DNA from: Azolla caroliniana
Lineage: Eukaryota > Plantae > Polypodiophyta
Reading direction: 5' to 3'
DNA length: 18,558 bases
Assembly: GCA_043228905.1 (NCBI GenBank)
Contig: JBHGNT010000643.1
Span: forward strand, 1 to 18,558
Below the pieces are notes generated by a model. The model was not told the DNA's origin. It saw nothing but the letters and a program-made list of their open reading frames with translations, and ran no database searches. The position numbers were made by a program, and so were the translations under genes. Below, piece by piece: positions 1 through 8,964 of this stretch. The first letter of the stretch is position 1, and every line of letters begins with the position of its first letter.

Positions 1-528
1 TCCACCCTCCCACACGTCTAGGCTAGTCCTAGGTGTCGTATTGTCACCAGACAATCTGGGCGCAACCTGTAGCGGGTACTCCTCCTCCTCGCGCGAGAGC
101 TTGTCGAGCAACATAACATTTATACATACATAGGTAAATGTGCGCACTCGCGCGTGCGCGTAGGGGTGTGCGGGCACGTGCACATTAAACTAGAACGCGC
201 TAGTGCCGAGACACTAAGCACGCGGAGGCTACTGCGGGACGAGTGGTGGCTCCCGAGTGTGCTACATCGATGAACGTAGATAGACCGGTGTCCGTACTCG
301 CTCGTTCGGACGGACGAGGGGTTGGTAACGACGACGACAAGGAAAGCTAACCGGACTACCACACTAGGAGTGTCCTATCGGGCAAGTGTGGAAGCAAGTT
401 CACATTCGCCGCGTGTACAAGTTGACCTTAGCCTTAGCCGTTGCCGTGGCGTGTGCGGTATGGGTGTCCTGCTTTGATGTTTTCTTTTCCGTTTGGGTGG
501 TTTGCGGTCCCTATAGGCAAATTCTATG

Positions 529-590
529 CGTTGGTGCTCGTGTTTACGTTCGTGTTGGAGGGACGTTGGTGCTCGTGTTTACGTTCGTGT
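529..590. repeat. Perfect 27-bp direct repeat (period 35) downstream of the stop codon, present in every full unit
   Basis: cgttggtgctcgtgtttacgttcgtgt at 529-555 and 564-590. Confidence 0.95.
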
Positions 591-689
591 GGGTGTAATG
601 CGCGATTGGGGAGACGCACTTGTTCGTAAACACTTACGAGAAATTAGAGAGAGACCACGAGAATAATTTGAACAAGGTTTATGTACTAT

Positions 690-1475
690 TTAGAAGCGAC
701 GAATACAAGCACGAGGGCGAAGATCGCACTGTTGGAGTAGGCGGGAGGCGGCGACGCCTAGAGCTCTTTCCTCGTCATCGGCCTTGAATTGGCGACGTTG
801 TTGACGTTCGTCCTCTTGTCGTCGAGACATGCGGTGGCGGCGTTCGTCACCCTCTCGTCGCTCACGGCTGCTATCTCTCTCGCGCTCCTCGTCCTCTTCC
901 TCCCAGCTACGGTGTTCCCTTGATTGTTGGCCATGGCGTCGGCCTTCATCATTGCGTCGTTCCTCCTCGTCAGCATACAAGGCATCACGTAGGCGATCGC
1001 ATCGATCTTCGGCGGGGATTCGTTCGACGTTCCTGCAGCACCGTTCCGAGGGTCTTGAGTATCGAGTGTTTTCGATCCATGGGGAGCGACGTCCTTGTTC
1101 ACCTTCCTCTCTTTCGGAGCGCTCTTGTAGCTCTCGGATCTGCTTGTCGATGAAATCACCGCACTCTCGCCTCAGTTCCTCGTCACGTGGCTCATCGCGA
1201 CCACGGCTACGACGTTCCCTTTCCTCTTCGGAGTCTCTCTTGTTGTCTCTGTAGCGGCGCCCCTCCTCAAGGAACCCCTCACGACGTCGCTCGCGCCTCT
1301 CGTCATCGCACTCCCCCTCTCGGCGTCGATCGCGCCTCTCCTCGTCAATGTCTCCCTCACGACGTCGATCGCGTCGCTCCTCTTCACGGTCCCGCCCTAC
1401 AGACCTAGCATTGGCCGCGGTACACGCGGCGAGCATGATCACGGCCATGAGGAATACGGAAGTAAGCTTTGCCAT
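690..1475 (-). CDS. Arg/Glu-rich 2S albumin-like (prolamin superfamily) storage protein precursor, copy 1, 261 aa
   Basis: ATG in good plant context (gcaATGGC). Hydrophobic signal peptide MAKLTSVFLMAVIMLAACTAANA ends in A-x-A. Cys motifs ECGDFIDKQI, PSERCCRNVERIPAEDRCDRL and AASRLLQQCDLRPRAC match the 2S-albumin pattern. TATA and RY motifs lie directly upstream. No intron is needed. Confidence 0.85.
   Translation of the reverse strand: MAKLTSVFLMAVIMLAACTAANARSVGRDREEERRDRRREGDIDEERRDRRREGECDDERRERRREGFLEEGRRYRDNKRDSEEERERRSRGRDEPRDEELRRECGDFIDKQIRELQERSEREEGEQGRRSPWIENTRYSRPSERCCRNVERIPAEDRCDRLRDALYADEEERRNDEGRRHGQQSREHRSWEEEDEERERDSSRERREGDERRHRMSRRQEDERQQRRQFKADDEERALGVAASRLLQQCDLRPRACIRRF
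1272..1388 (-). repeat. Intragenic 39-bp (13-aa) repeat x3, plus two degenerate copies extending to ~1194
   Basis: REEERRDRRREGD / IDEERRDRRREGE / CDDERRERRREGF, followed by LEEGRRYRDNKRD / SEEERERRSRGRD. At DNA level ccctcacgacgtcg occurs at 1276 and 1354, 78 = 2x39 bp apart. Confidence 0.9.
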
Positions 1476-1541
1476 TGCGATTGTCCTTATGATCCCGGTG
1501 CTTGTCTCCTAATGGATTGTATTGACATTGCTCCCTCCACC

Positions 1542-1552
1542 TTTAATATATA
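1542..1552 (-). promoter_or_regulatory. TATA box (TATATATTAAA), present in every unit
   Basis: AT-only tract 67-77 nt upstream of the ATG in otherwise GC-rich surroundings. It predicts a start site around 1515-1525. Confidence 0.75.
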
Positions 1553-1554
1553 CA

Positions 1555-1585
1555 CATGGCCATGCAATCAGAGCACATGCATGTC
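1555..1585. promoter_or_regulatory. RY/Sph element cluster (legumin-box-like), present in every unit
   Basis: CATGCA at 1561-1566 and CATGCATG at 1576-1583, immediately upstream of the TATA box. RY motifs are the established binding sites of B3 factors ABI3/VP1, FUS3 and LEC2 in storage-protein promoters. Confidence 0.75.
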
Positions 1586-1607
1586 ACTCACCACTCCCAT
1601 TACCATA

Positions 1608-1835
1608 ACGTGTGTGTCCTGCGTACAACTCTTGCCCAAGACCCATACCAACTAGTCCACCCTCCCACACGTCTAGGCTAGTCCTAGGTGTCGTATTGTC
1701 ACCAGACAATCTGGGCGCAACCTGTAGCGGGTACTCCTCCTCCTCGCGCGAGAGCTTGTCGAGCAACATAACATTTATACATACATAGGTAAATGTGCGC
1801 ACTCGCGCGTGCGCGTAGGGGTGTGCGGGCACGTG
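1608..1835. promoter_or_regulatory. ACGT-core ABRE/G-box motifs, present in every unit
   Basis: ACGTGT at 1608-1613, GACGTGT on the minus strand at 1667-1673, and G-box CACGTG at 1830-1835 (also 175-180). These are short motifs, but their combination with RY is the established maturation promoter module. Confidence 0.5.
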
Positions 1836-2344
1836 CACATTAAACTAGAACGCGCTAGTGCCGAGACACTAAGCACGCGGAGGCTACTGCGGGACGAGTG
1901 GTGGCTCCCGAGTGTGCTACATCGATGAACGTAGATAGACCGGTGTCCGTACTCGCTCGTTCGGACGGACGAGGGGTTGGTAACGACGACGACAAGGAAA
2001 GCTAACCGGACTACCACACTAGGAGTGTCCTATCGGGCAAGTGTGGAAGCAAGTTCACATTCGCCGCGTGTACAAGTTGACCTTAGCCTTAGCCGTTGCC
2101 GTGGCGTGTGCGGTATGGGTGTCCTGCTTTGATGTTTTCTTTTCCGTTTGGGTGGTTTGCGGTCCCTATAGGCAAATTCTATGCGTTGGTGCTCGTGTTT
2201 ACGTTCGTGTTGGAGGGACGTTGGTGCTCGTGTTTACGTTCGTGTGGGTGTAATGCGCGATTGGGGAGACGCACTTGTTCGTAAACACTTACGAGAAATT
2301 AGAGAGAGACCACGAGAATAATTTGAACAAGGTTTATGTACTAT

Positions 2345-3130
2345 TTAGAAGCGACGAATACAAGCACGAGGGCGAAGATCGCACTGTTGGAGTAGGCGGG
2401 AGGCGGCGACGCCTAGAGCTCTTTCCTCGTCATCGGCCTTGAATTGGCGACGTTGTTGACGTTCGTCCTCTTGTCGTCGAGACATGCGGTGGCGGCGTTC
2501 GTCACCCTCTCGTCGCTCACGGCTGCTATCTCTCTCGCGCTCCTCGTCCTCTTCCTCCCAGCTACGGTGTTCCCTTGATTGTTGGCCATGGCGTCGGCCT
2601 TCATCATTGCGTCGTTCCTCCTCGTCAGCATACAAGGCATCACGTAGGCGATCGCATCGATCTTCGGCGGGGATTCGTTCGACGTTCCTGCAGCACCGTT
2701 CCGAGGGTCTTGAGTATCGAGTGTTTTCGATCCATGGGGAGCGACGTCCTTGTTCACCTTCCTCTCTTTCGGAGCGCTCTTGTAGCTCTCGGATCTGCTT
2801 GTCGATGAAATCACCGCACTCTCGCCTCAGTTCCTCGTCACGTGGCTCATCGCGACCACGGCTACGACGTTCCCTTTCCTCTTCGGAGTCTCTCTTGTTG
2901 TCTCTGTAGCGGCGCCCCTCCTCAAGGAACCCCTCACGACGTCGCTCGCGCCTCTCGTCATCGCACTCCCCCTCTCGGCGTCGATCGCGCCTCTCCTCGT
3001 CAATGTCTCCCTCACGACGTCGATCGCGTCGCTCCTCTTCACGGTCCCGCCCTACAGACCTAGCATTGGCCGCGGTACACGCGGCGAGCATGATCACGGC
3101 CATGAGGAATACGGAAGTAAGCTTTGCCAT
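2345..3130 (-). CDS. 2S albumin-like storage protein precursor, copy 2
   Basis: Protein identical to copy 1. Confidence 0.85.
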   Translation of the reverse strand: MAKLTSVFLMAVIMLAACTAANARSVGRDREEERRDRRREGDIDEERRDRRREGECDDERRERRREGFLEEGRRYRDNKRDSEEERERRSRGRDEPRDEELRRECGDFIDKQIRELQERSEREEGEQGRRSPWIENTRYSRPSERCCRNVERIPAEDRCDRLRDALYADEEERRNDEGRRHGQQSREHRSWEEEDEERERDSSRERREGDERRHRMSRRQEDERQQRRQFKADDEERALGVAASRLLQQCDLRPRACIRRF

Positions 3131-3999
3131 TGCGATTGTCCTTATGATCCCGGTGCTTGTCTCCTAATGGATTGTATTGACATTGCTCCCTCCACCTTTA
3201 ATATATACACATGGCCATGCAATCAGAGCACATGCATGTCACTCACCACTCCCATTACCATAACGTGTGTGTCCTGCGTACAACTCTTGCCCAAGACCCA
3301 TACCAACTAGTCCACCCTCCCACACGTCTAGGCTAGTCCTAGGTGTCGTATTGTCACCAGACAATCTGGGCGCAACCTGTAGCGGGTACTCCTCCTCCTC
3401 GCGCGAGAGCTTGTCGAGCAACATAACATTTATACATACATAGGTAAATGTGCGCACTCGCGCGTGCGCGTAGGGGTGTGCGGGCACGTGCACATTAAAC
3501 TAGAACGCGCTAGTGCCGAGACACTAAGCACGCGGAGGCTACTGCGGGACGAGTGGTGGCTCCCGAGTGTGCTACATCGATGAACGTAGATAGACCGGTG
3601 TCCGTACTCGCTCGTTCGGACGGACGAGGGGTTGGTAACGACGACGACAAGGAAAGCTAACCGGACTACCACACTAGGAGTGTCCTATCGGGCAAGTGTG
3701 GAAGCAAGTTCACATTCGCCGCGTGTACAAGTTGACCTTAGCCTTAGCCGTTGCCGTGGCGTGTGCGGTATGGGTGTCCTGCTTTGATGTTTTCTTTTCC
3801 GTTTGGGTGGTTTGCGGTCCCTATAGGCAAATTCTATGCGTTGGTGCTCGTGTTTACGTTCGTGTTGGAGGGACGTTGGTGCTCGTGTTTACGTTCGTGT
3901 GGGTGTAATGCGCGATTGGGGAGACGCACTTGTTCGTAAACACTTACGAGAAATTAGAGAGAGACCACGAGAATAATTTGAACAAGGTTTATGTACTAT

Positions 4000-4785
4000 T
4001 TAGAAGCGACGAATACAAGCACGAGGGCGAAGATCGCACTGTTGGAGTAGGCGGGAGGCGGCGACGCCTAGAGCTCTTTCCTCGTCATCGGCCTTGAATT
4101 GGCGACGTTGTTGACGTTCGTCCTCTTGTCGTCGAGACATGCGGTGGCGGCGTTCGTCACCCTCTCGTCGCTCACGGCTGCTATCTCTCTCGCGCTCCTC
4201 GTCCTCTTCCTCCCAGCTACGGTGTTCCCTTGATTGTTGGCCATGGCGTCGGCCTTCATCATTGCGTCGTTCCTCCTCGTCAGCATACAAGGCATCACGT
4301 AGGCGATCGCATCGATCTTCGGCGGGGATTCGTTCGACGTTCCTGCAGCACCGTTCCGAGGGTCTTGAGTATCGAGTGTTTTCGATCCATGGGGAGCGAC
4401 GTCCTTGTTCACCTTCCTCTCTTTCGGAGCGCTCTTGTAGCTCTCGGATCTGCTTGTCGATGAAATCACCGCACTCTCGCCTCAGTTCCTCGTCACGTGG
4501 CTCATCGCGACCACGGCTACGACGTTCCCTTTCCTCTTCGGAGTCTCTCTTGTTGTCTCTGTAGCGGCGCCCCTCCTCAAGGAACCCCTCACGACGTCGC
4601 TCGCGCCTCTCGTCATCGCACTCCCCCTCTCGGCGTCGATCGCGCCTCTCCTCGTCAATGTCTCCCTCACGACGTCGATCGCGTCGCTCCTCTTCACGGT
4701 CCCGCCCTACAGACCTAGCATTGGCCGCGGTACACGCGGCGAGCATGATCACGGCCATGAGGAATACGGAAGTAAGCTTTGCCAT
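4000..4785 (-). CDS. 2S albumin-like storage protein precursor, copy 3
   Basis: Protein identical to copy 1. Confidence 0.85.
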   Translation of the reverse strand: MAKLTSVFLMAVIMLAACTAANARSVGRDREEERRDRRREGDIDEERRDRRREGECDDERRERRREGFLEEGRRYRDNKRDSEEERERRSRGRDEPRDEELRRECGDFIDKQIRELQERSEREEGEQGRRSPWIENTRYSRPSERCCRNVERIPAEDRCDRLRDALYADEEERRNDEGRRHGQQSREHRSWEEEDEERERDSSRERREGDERRHRMSRRQEDERQQRRQFKADDEERALGVAASRLLQQCDLRPRACIRRF

Positions 4786-5654
4786 TGCGATTGTCCTTAT
4801 GATCCCGGTGCTTGTCTCCTAATGGATTGTATTGACATTGCTCCCTCCACCTTTAATATATACACATGGCCATGCAATCAGAGCACATGCATGTCACTCA
4901 CCACTCCCATTACCATAACGTGTGTGTCCTGCGTACAACTCTTGCCCAAGACCCATACCAACTAGTCCACCCTCCCACACGTCTAGGCTAGTCCTAGGTG
5001 TCGTATTGTCACCAGACAATCTGGGCGCAACCTGTAGCGGGTACTCCTCCTCCTCGCGCGAGAGCTTGTCGAGCAACATAACATTTATACATACATAGGT
5101 AAATGTGCGCACTCGCGCGTGCGCGTAGGGGTGTGCGGGCACGTGCACATTAAACTAGAACGCGCTAGTGCCGAGACACTAAGCACGCGGAGGCTACTGC
5201 GGGACGAGTGGTGGCTCCCGAGTGTGCTACATCGATGAACGTAGATAGACCGGTGTCCGTACTCGCTCGTTCGGACGGACGAGGGGTTGGTAACGACGAC
5301 GACAAGGAAAGCTAACCGGACTACCACACTAGGAGTGTCCTATCGGGCAAGTGTGGAAGCAAGTTCACATTCGCCGCGTGTACAAGTTGACCTTAGCCTT
5401 AGCCGTTGCCGTGGCGTGTGCGGTATGGGTGTCCTGCTTTGATGTTTTCTTTTCCGTTTGGGTGGTTTGCGGTCCCTATAGGCAAATTCTATGCGTTGGT
5501 GCTCGTGTTTACGTTCGTGTTGGAGGGACGTTGGTGCTCGTGTTTACGTTCGTGTGGGTGTAATGCGCGATTGGGGAGACGCACTTGTTCGTAAACACTT
5601 ACGAGAAATTAGAGAGAGACCACGAGAATAATTTGAACAAGGTTTATGTACTAT

Positions 5655-6440
5655 TTAGAAGCGACGAATACAAGCACGAGGGCGAAGATCGCACTGTTGG
5701 AGTAGGCGGGAGGCGGCGACGCCTAGAGCTCTTTCCTCGTCATCGGCCTTGAATTGGCGACGTTGTTGACGTTCGTCCTCTTGTCGTCGAGACATGCGGT
5801 GGCGGCGTTCGTCACCCTCTCGTCGCTCACGGCTGCTATCTCTCTCGCGCTCCTCGTCCTCTTCCTCCCAGCTACGGTGTTCCCTTGATTGTTGGCCATG
5901 GCGTCGGCCTTCATCATTGCGTCGTTCCTCCTCGTCAGCATACAAGGCATCACGTAGGCGATCGCATCGATCTTCGGCGGGGATTCGTTCGACGTTCCTG
6001 CAGCACCGTTCCGAGGGTCTTGAGTATCGAGTGTTTTCGATCCATGGGGAGCGACGTCCTTGTTCACCTTCCTCTCTTTCGGAGCGCTCTTGTAGCTCTC
6101 GGATCTGCTTGTCGATGAAATCACCGCACTCTCGCCTCAGTTCCTCGTCACGTGGCTCATCGCGACCACGGCTACGACGTTCCCTTTCCTCTTCGGAGTC
6201 TCTCTTGTTGTCTCTGTAGCGGCGCCCCTCCTCAAGGAACCCCTCACGACGTCGCTCGCGCCTCTCGTCATCGCACTCCCCCTCTCGGCGTCGATCGCGC
6301 CTCTCCTCGTCAATGTCTCCCTCACGACGTCGATCGCGTCGCTCCTCTTCACGGTCCCGCCCTACAGACCTAGCATTGGCCGCGGTACACGCGGCGAGCA
6401 TGATCACGGCCATGAGGAATACGGAAGTAAGCTTTGCCAT
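5655..6440 (-). CDS. 2S albumin-like storage protein precursor, copy 4
   Basis: Protein identical to copy 1. Confidence 0.85.
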   Translation of the reverse strand: MAKLTSVFLMAVIMLAACTAANARSVGRDREEERRDRRREGDIDEERRDRRREGECDDERRERRREGFLEEGRRYRDNKRDSEEERERRSRGRDEPRDEELRRECGDFIDKQIRELQERSEREEGEQGRRSPWIENTRYSRPSERCCRNVERIPAEDRCDRLRDALYADEEERRNDEGRRHGQQSREHRSWEEEDEERERDSSRERREGDERRHRMSRRQEDERQQRRQFKADDEERALGVAASRLLQQCDLRPRACIRRF

Positions 6441-7309
6441 TGCGATTGTCCTTATGATCCCGGTGCTTGTCTCCTAATGGATTGTATTGACATTGCTCCC
6501 TCCACCTTTAATATATACACATGGCCATGCAATCAGAGCACATGCATGTCACTCACCACTCCCATTACCATAACGTGTGTGTCCTGCGTACAACTCTTGC
6601 CCAAGACCCATACCAACTAGTCCACCCTCCCACACGTCTAGGCTAGTCCTAGGTGTCGTATTGTCACCAGACAATCTGGGCGCAACCTGTAGCGGGTACT
6701 CCTCCTCCTCGCGCGAGAGCTTGTCGAGCAACATAACATTTATACATACATAGGTAAATGTGCGCACTCGCGCGTGCGCGTAGGGGTGTGCGGGCACGTG
6801 CACATTAAACTAGAACGCGCTAGTGCCGAGACACTAAGCACGCGGAGGCTACTGCGGGACGAGTGGTGGCTCCCGAGTGTGCTACATCGATGAACGTAGA
6901 TAGACCGGTGTCCGTACTCGCTCGTTCGGACGGACGAGGGGTTGGTAACGACGACGACAAGGAAAGCTAACCGGACTACCACACTAGGAGTGTCCTATCG
7001 GGCAAGTGTGGAAGCAAGTTCACATTCGCCGCGTGTACAAGTTGACCTTAGCCTTAGCCGTTGCCGTGGCGTGTGCGGTATGGGTGTCCTGCTTTGATGT
7101 TTTCTTTTCCGTTTGGGTGGTTTGCGGTCCCTATAGGCAAATTCTATGCGTTGGTGCTCGTGTTTACGTTCGTGTTGGAGGGACGTTGGTGCTCGTGTTT
7201 ACGTTCGTGTGGGTGTAATGCGCGATTGGGGAGACGCACTTGTTCGTAAACACTTACGAGAAATTAGAGAGAGACCACGAGAATAATTTGAACAAGGTTT
7301 ATGTACTAT

Positions 7310-8095
7310 TTAGAAGCGACGAATACAAGCACGAGGGCGAAGATCGCACTGTTGGAGTAGGCGGGAGGCGGCGACGCCTAGAGCTCTTTCCTCGTCATCG
7401 GCCTTGAATTGGCGACGTTGTTGACGTTCGTCCTCTTGTCGTCGAGACATGCGGTGGCGGCGTTCGTCACCCTCTCGTCGCTCACGGCTGCTATCTCTCT
7501 CGCGCTCCTCGTCCTCTTCCTCCCAGCTACGGTGTTCCCTTGATTGTTGGCCATGGCGTCGGCCTTCATCATTGCGTCGTTCCTCCTCGTCAGCATACAA
7601 GGCATCACGTAGGCGATCGCATCGATCTTCGGCGGGGATTCGTTCGACGTTCCTGCAGCACCGTTCCGAGGGTCTTGAGTATCGAGTGTTTTCGATCCAT
7701 GGGGAGCGACGTCCTTGTTCACCTTCCTCTCTTTCGGAGCGCTCTTGTAGCTCTCGGATCTGCTTGTCGATGAAATCACCGCACTCTCGCCTCAGTTCCT
7801 CGTCACGTGGCTCATCGCGACCACGGCTACGACGTTCCCTTTCCTCTTCGGAGTCTCTCTTGTTGTCTCTGTAGCGGCGCCCCTCCTCAAGGAACCCCTC
7901 ACGACGTCGCTCGCGCCTCTCGTCATCGCACTCCCCCTCTCGGCGTCGATCGCGCCTCTCCTCGTCAATGTCTCCCTCACGACGTCGATCGCGTCGCTCC
8001 TCTTCACGGTCCCGCCCTACAGACCTAGCATTGGCCGCGGTACACGCGGCGAGCATGATCACGGCCATGAGGAATACGGAAGTAAGCTTTGCCAT
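7310..8095 (-). CDS. 2S albumin-like storage protein precursor, copy 5
   Basis: Protein identical to copy 1. Confidence 0.85.
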   Translation of the reverse strand: MAKLTSVFLMAVIMLAACTAANARSVGRDREEERRDRRREGDIDEERRDRRREGECDDERRERRREGFLEEGRRYRDNKRDSEEERERRSRGRDEPRDEELRRECGDFIDKQIRELQERSEREEGEQGRRSPWIENTRYSRPSERCCRNVERIPAEDRCDRLRDALYADEEERRNDEGRRHGQQSREHRSWEEEDEERERDSSRERREGDERRHRMSRRQEDERQQRRQFKADDEERALGVAASRLLQQCDLRPRACIRRF

Positions 8096-8964
8096 TGCGA
8101 TTGTCCTTATGATCCCGGTGCTTGTCTCCTAATGGATTGTATTGACATTGCTCCCTCCACCTTTAATATATACACATGGCCATGCAATCAGAGCACATGC
8201 ATGTCACTCACCACTCCCATTACCATAACGTGTGTGTCCTGCGTACAACTCTTGCCCAAGACCCATACCAACTAGTCCACCCTCCCACACGTCTAGGCTA
8301 GTCCTAGGTGTCGTATTGTCACCAGACAATCTGGGCGCAACCTGTAGCGGGTACTCCTCCTCCTCGCGCGAGAGCTTGTCGAGCAACATAACATTTATAC
8401 ATACATAGGTAAATGTGCGCACTCGCGCGTGCGCGTAGGGGTGTGCGGGCACGTGCACATTAAACTAGAACGCGCTAGTGCCGAGACACTAAGCACGCGG
8501 AGGCTACTGCGGGACGAGTGGTGGCTCCCGAGTGTGCTACATCGATGAACGTAGATAGACCGGTGTCCGTACTCGCTCGTTCGGACGGACGAGGGGTTGG
8601 TAACGACGACGACAAGGAAAGCTAACCGGACTACCACACTAGGAGTGTCCTATCGGGCAAGTGTGGAAGCAAGTTCACATTCGCCGCGTGTACAAGTTGA
8701 CCTTAGCCTTAGCCGTTGCCGTGGCGTGTGCGGTATGGGTGTCCTGCTTTGATGTTTTCTTTTCCGTTTGGGTGGTTTGCGGTCCCTATAGGCAAATTCT
8801 ATGCGTTGGTGCTCGTGTTTACGTTCGTGTTGGAGGGACGTTGGTGCTCGTGTTTACGTTCGTGTGGGTGTAATGCGCGATTGGGGAGACGCACTTGTTC
8901 GTAAACACTTACGAGAAATTAGAGAGAGACCACGAGAATAATTTGAACAAGGTTTATGTACTAT

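Noticed and set aside
426-439. ccttagccttagcc as a telomere-like repeat
   Set aside because: Only about two units, and not the plant TTTAGGG motif.
529-590. 27-bp direct repeats as a possible CRISPR array
   Set aside because: Only two repeats with an 8-bp gap, identical in all units, no cas genes, and a eukaryotic context.
120-629. Short spacer ORFs (80, 70 and 62 aa; also 84 aa at 1584-1838)
   Set aside because: Several begin at GTG/TTG, none has a recognisable motif, and they overlap the promoter and 3' elements. Their recurrence merely reflects the repeat.
829-1254. 141-aa Ser/Arg-rich plus-strand ORF and other ORFs overlapping the main CDS (758-1159, 920-1153, 1172-1387, 1187-1408), in every unit
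   Set aside because: Antisense or alternative-frame shadows of the low-complexity Glu/Arg codons, with no independent promoter or domain evidence.
690-1475. Protein as an SR/RE-rich splicing factor, trichohyalin-like or LEA protein
   Set aside because: Such similarity would come only from composition. The signal peptide, Cys skeleton and RY promoter fit a secretory-pathway storage protein better.
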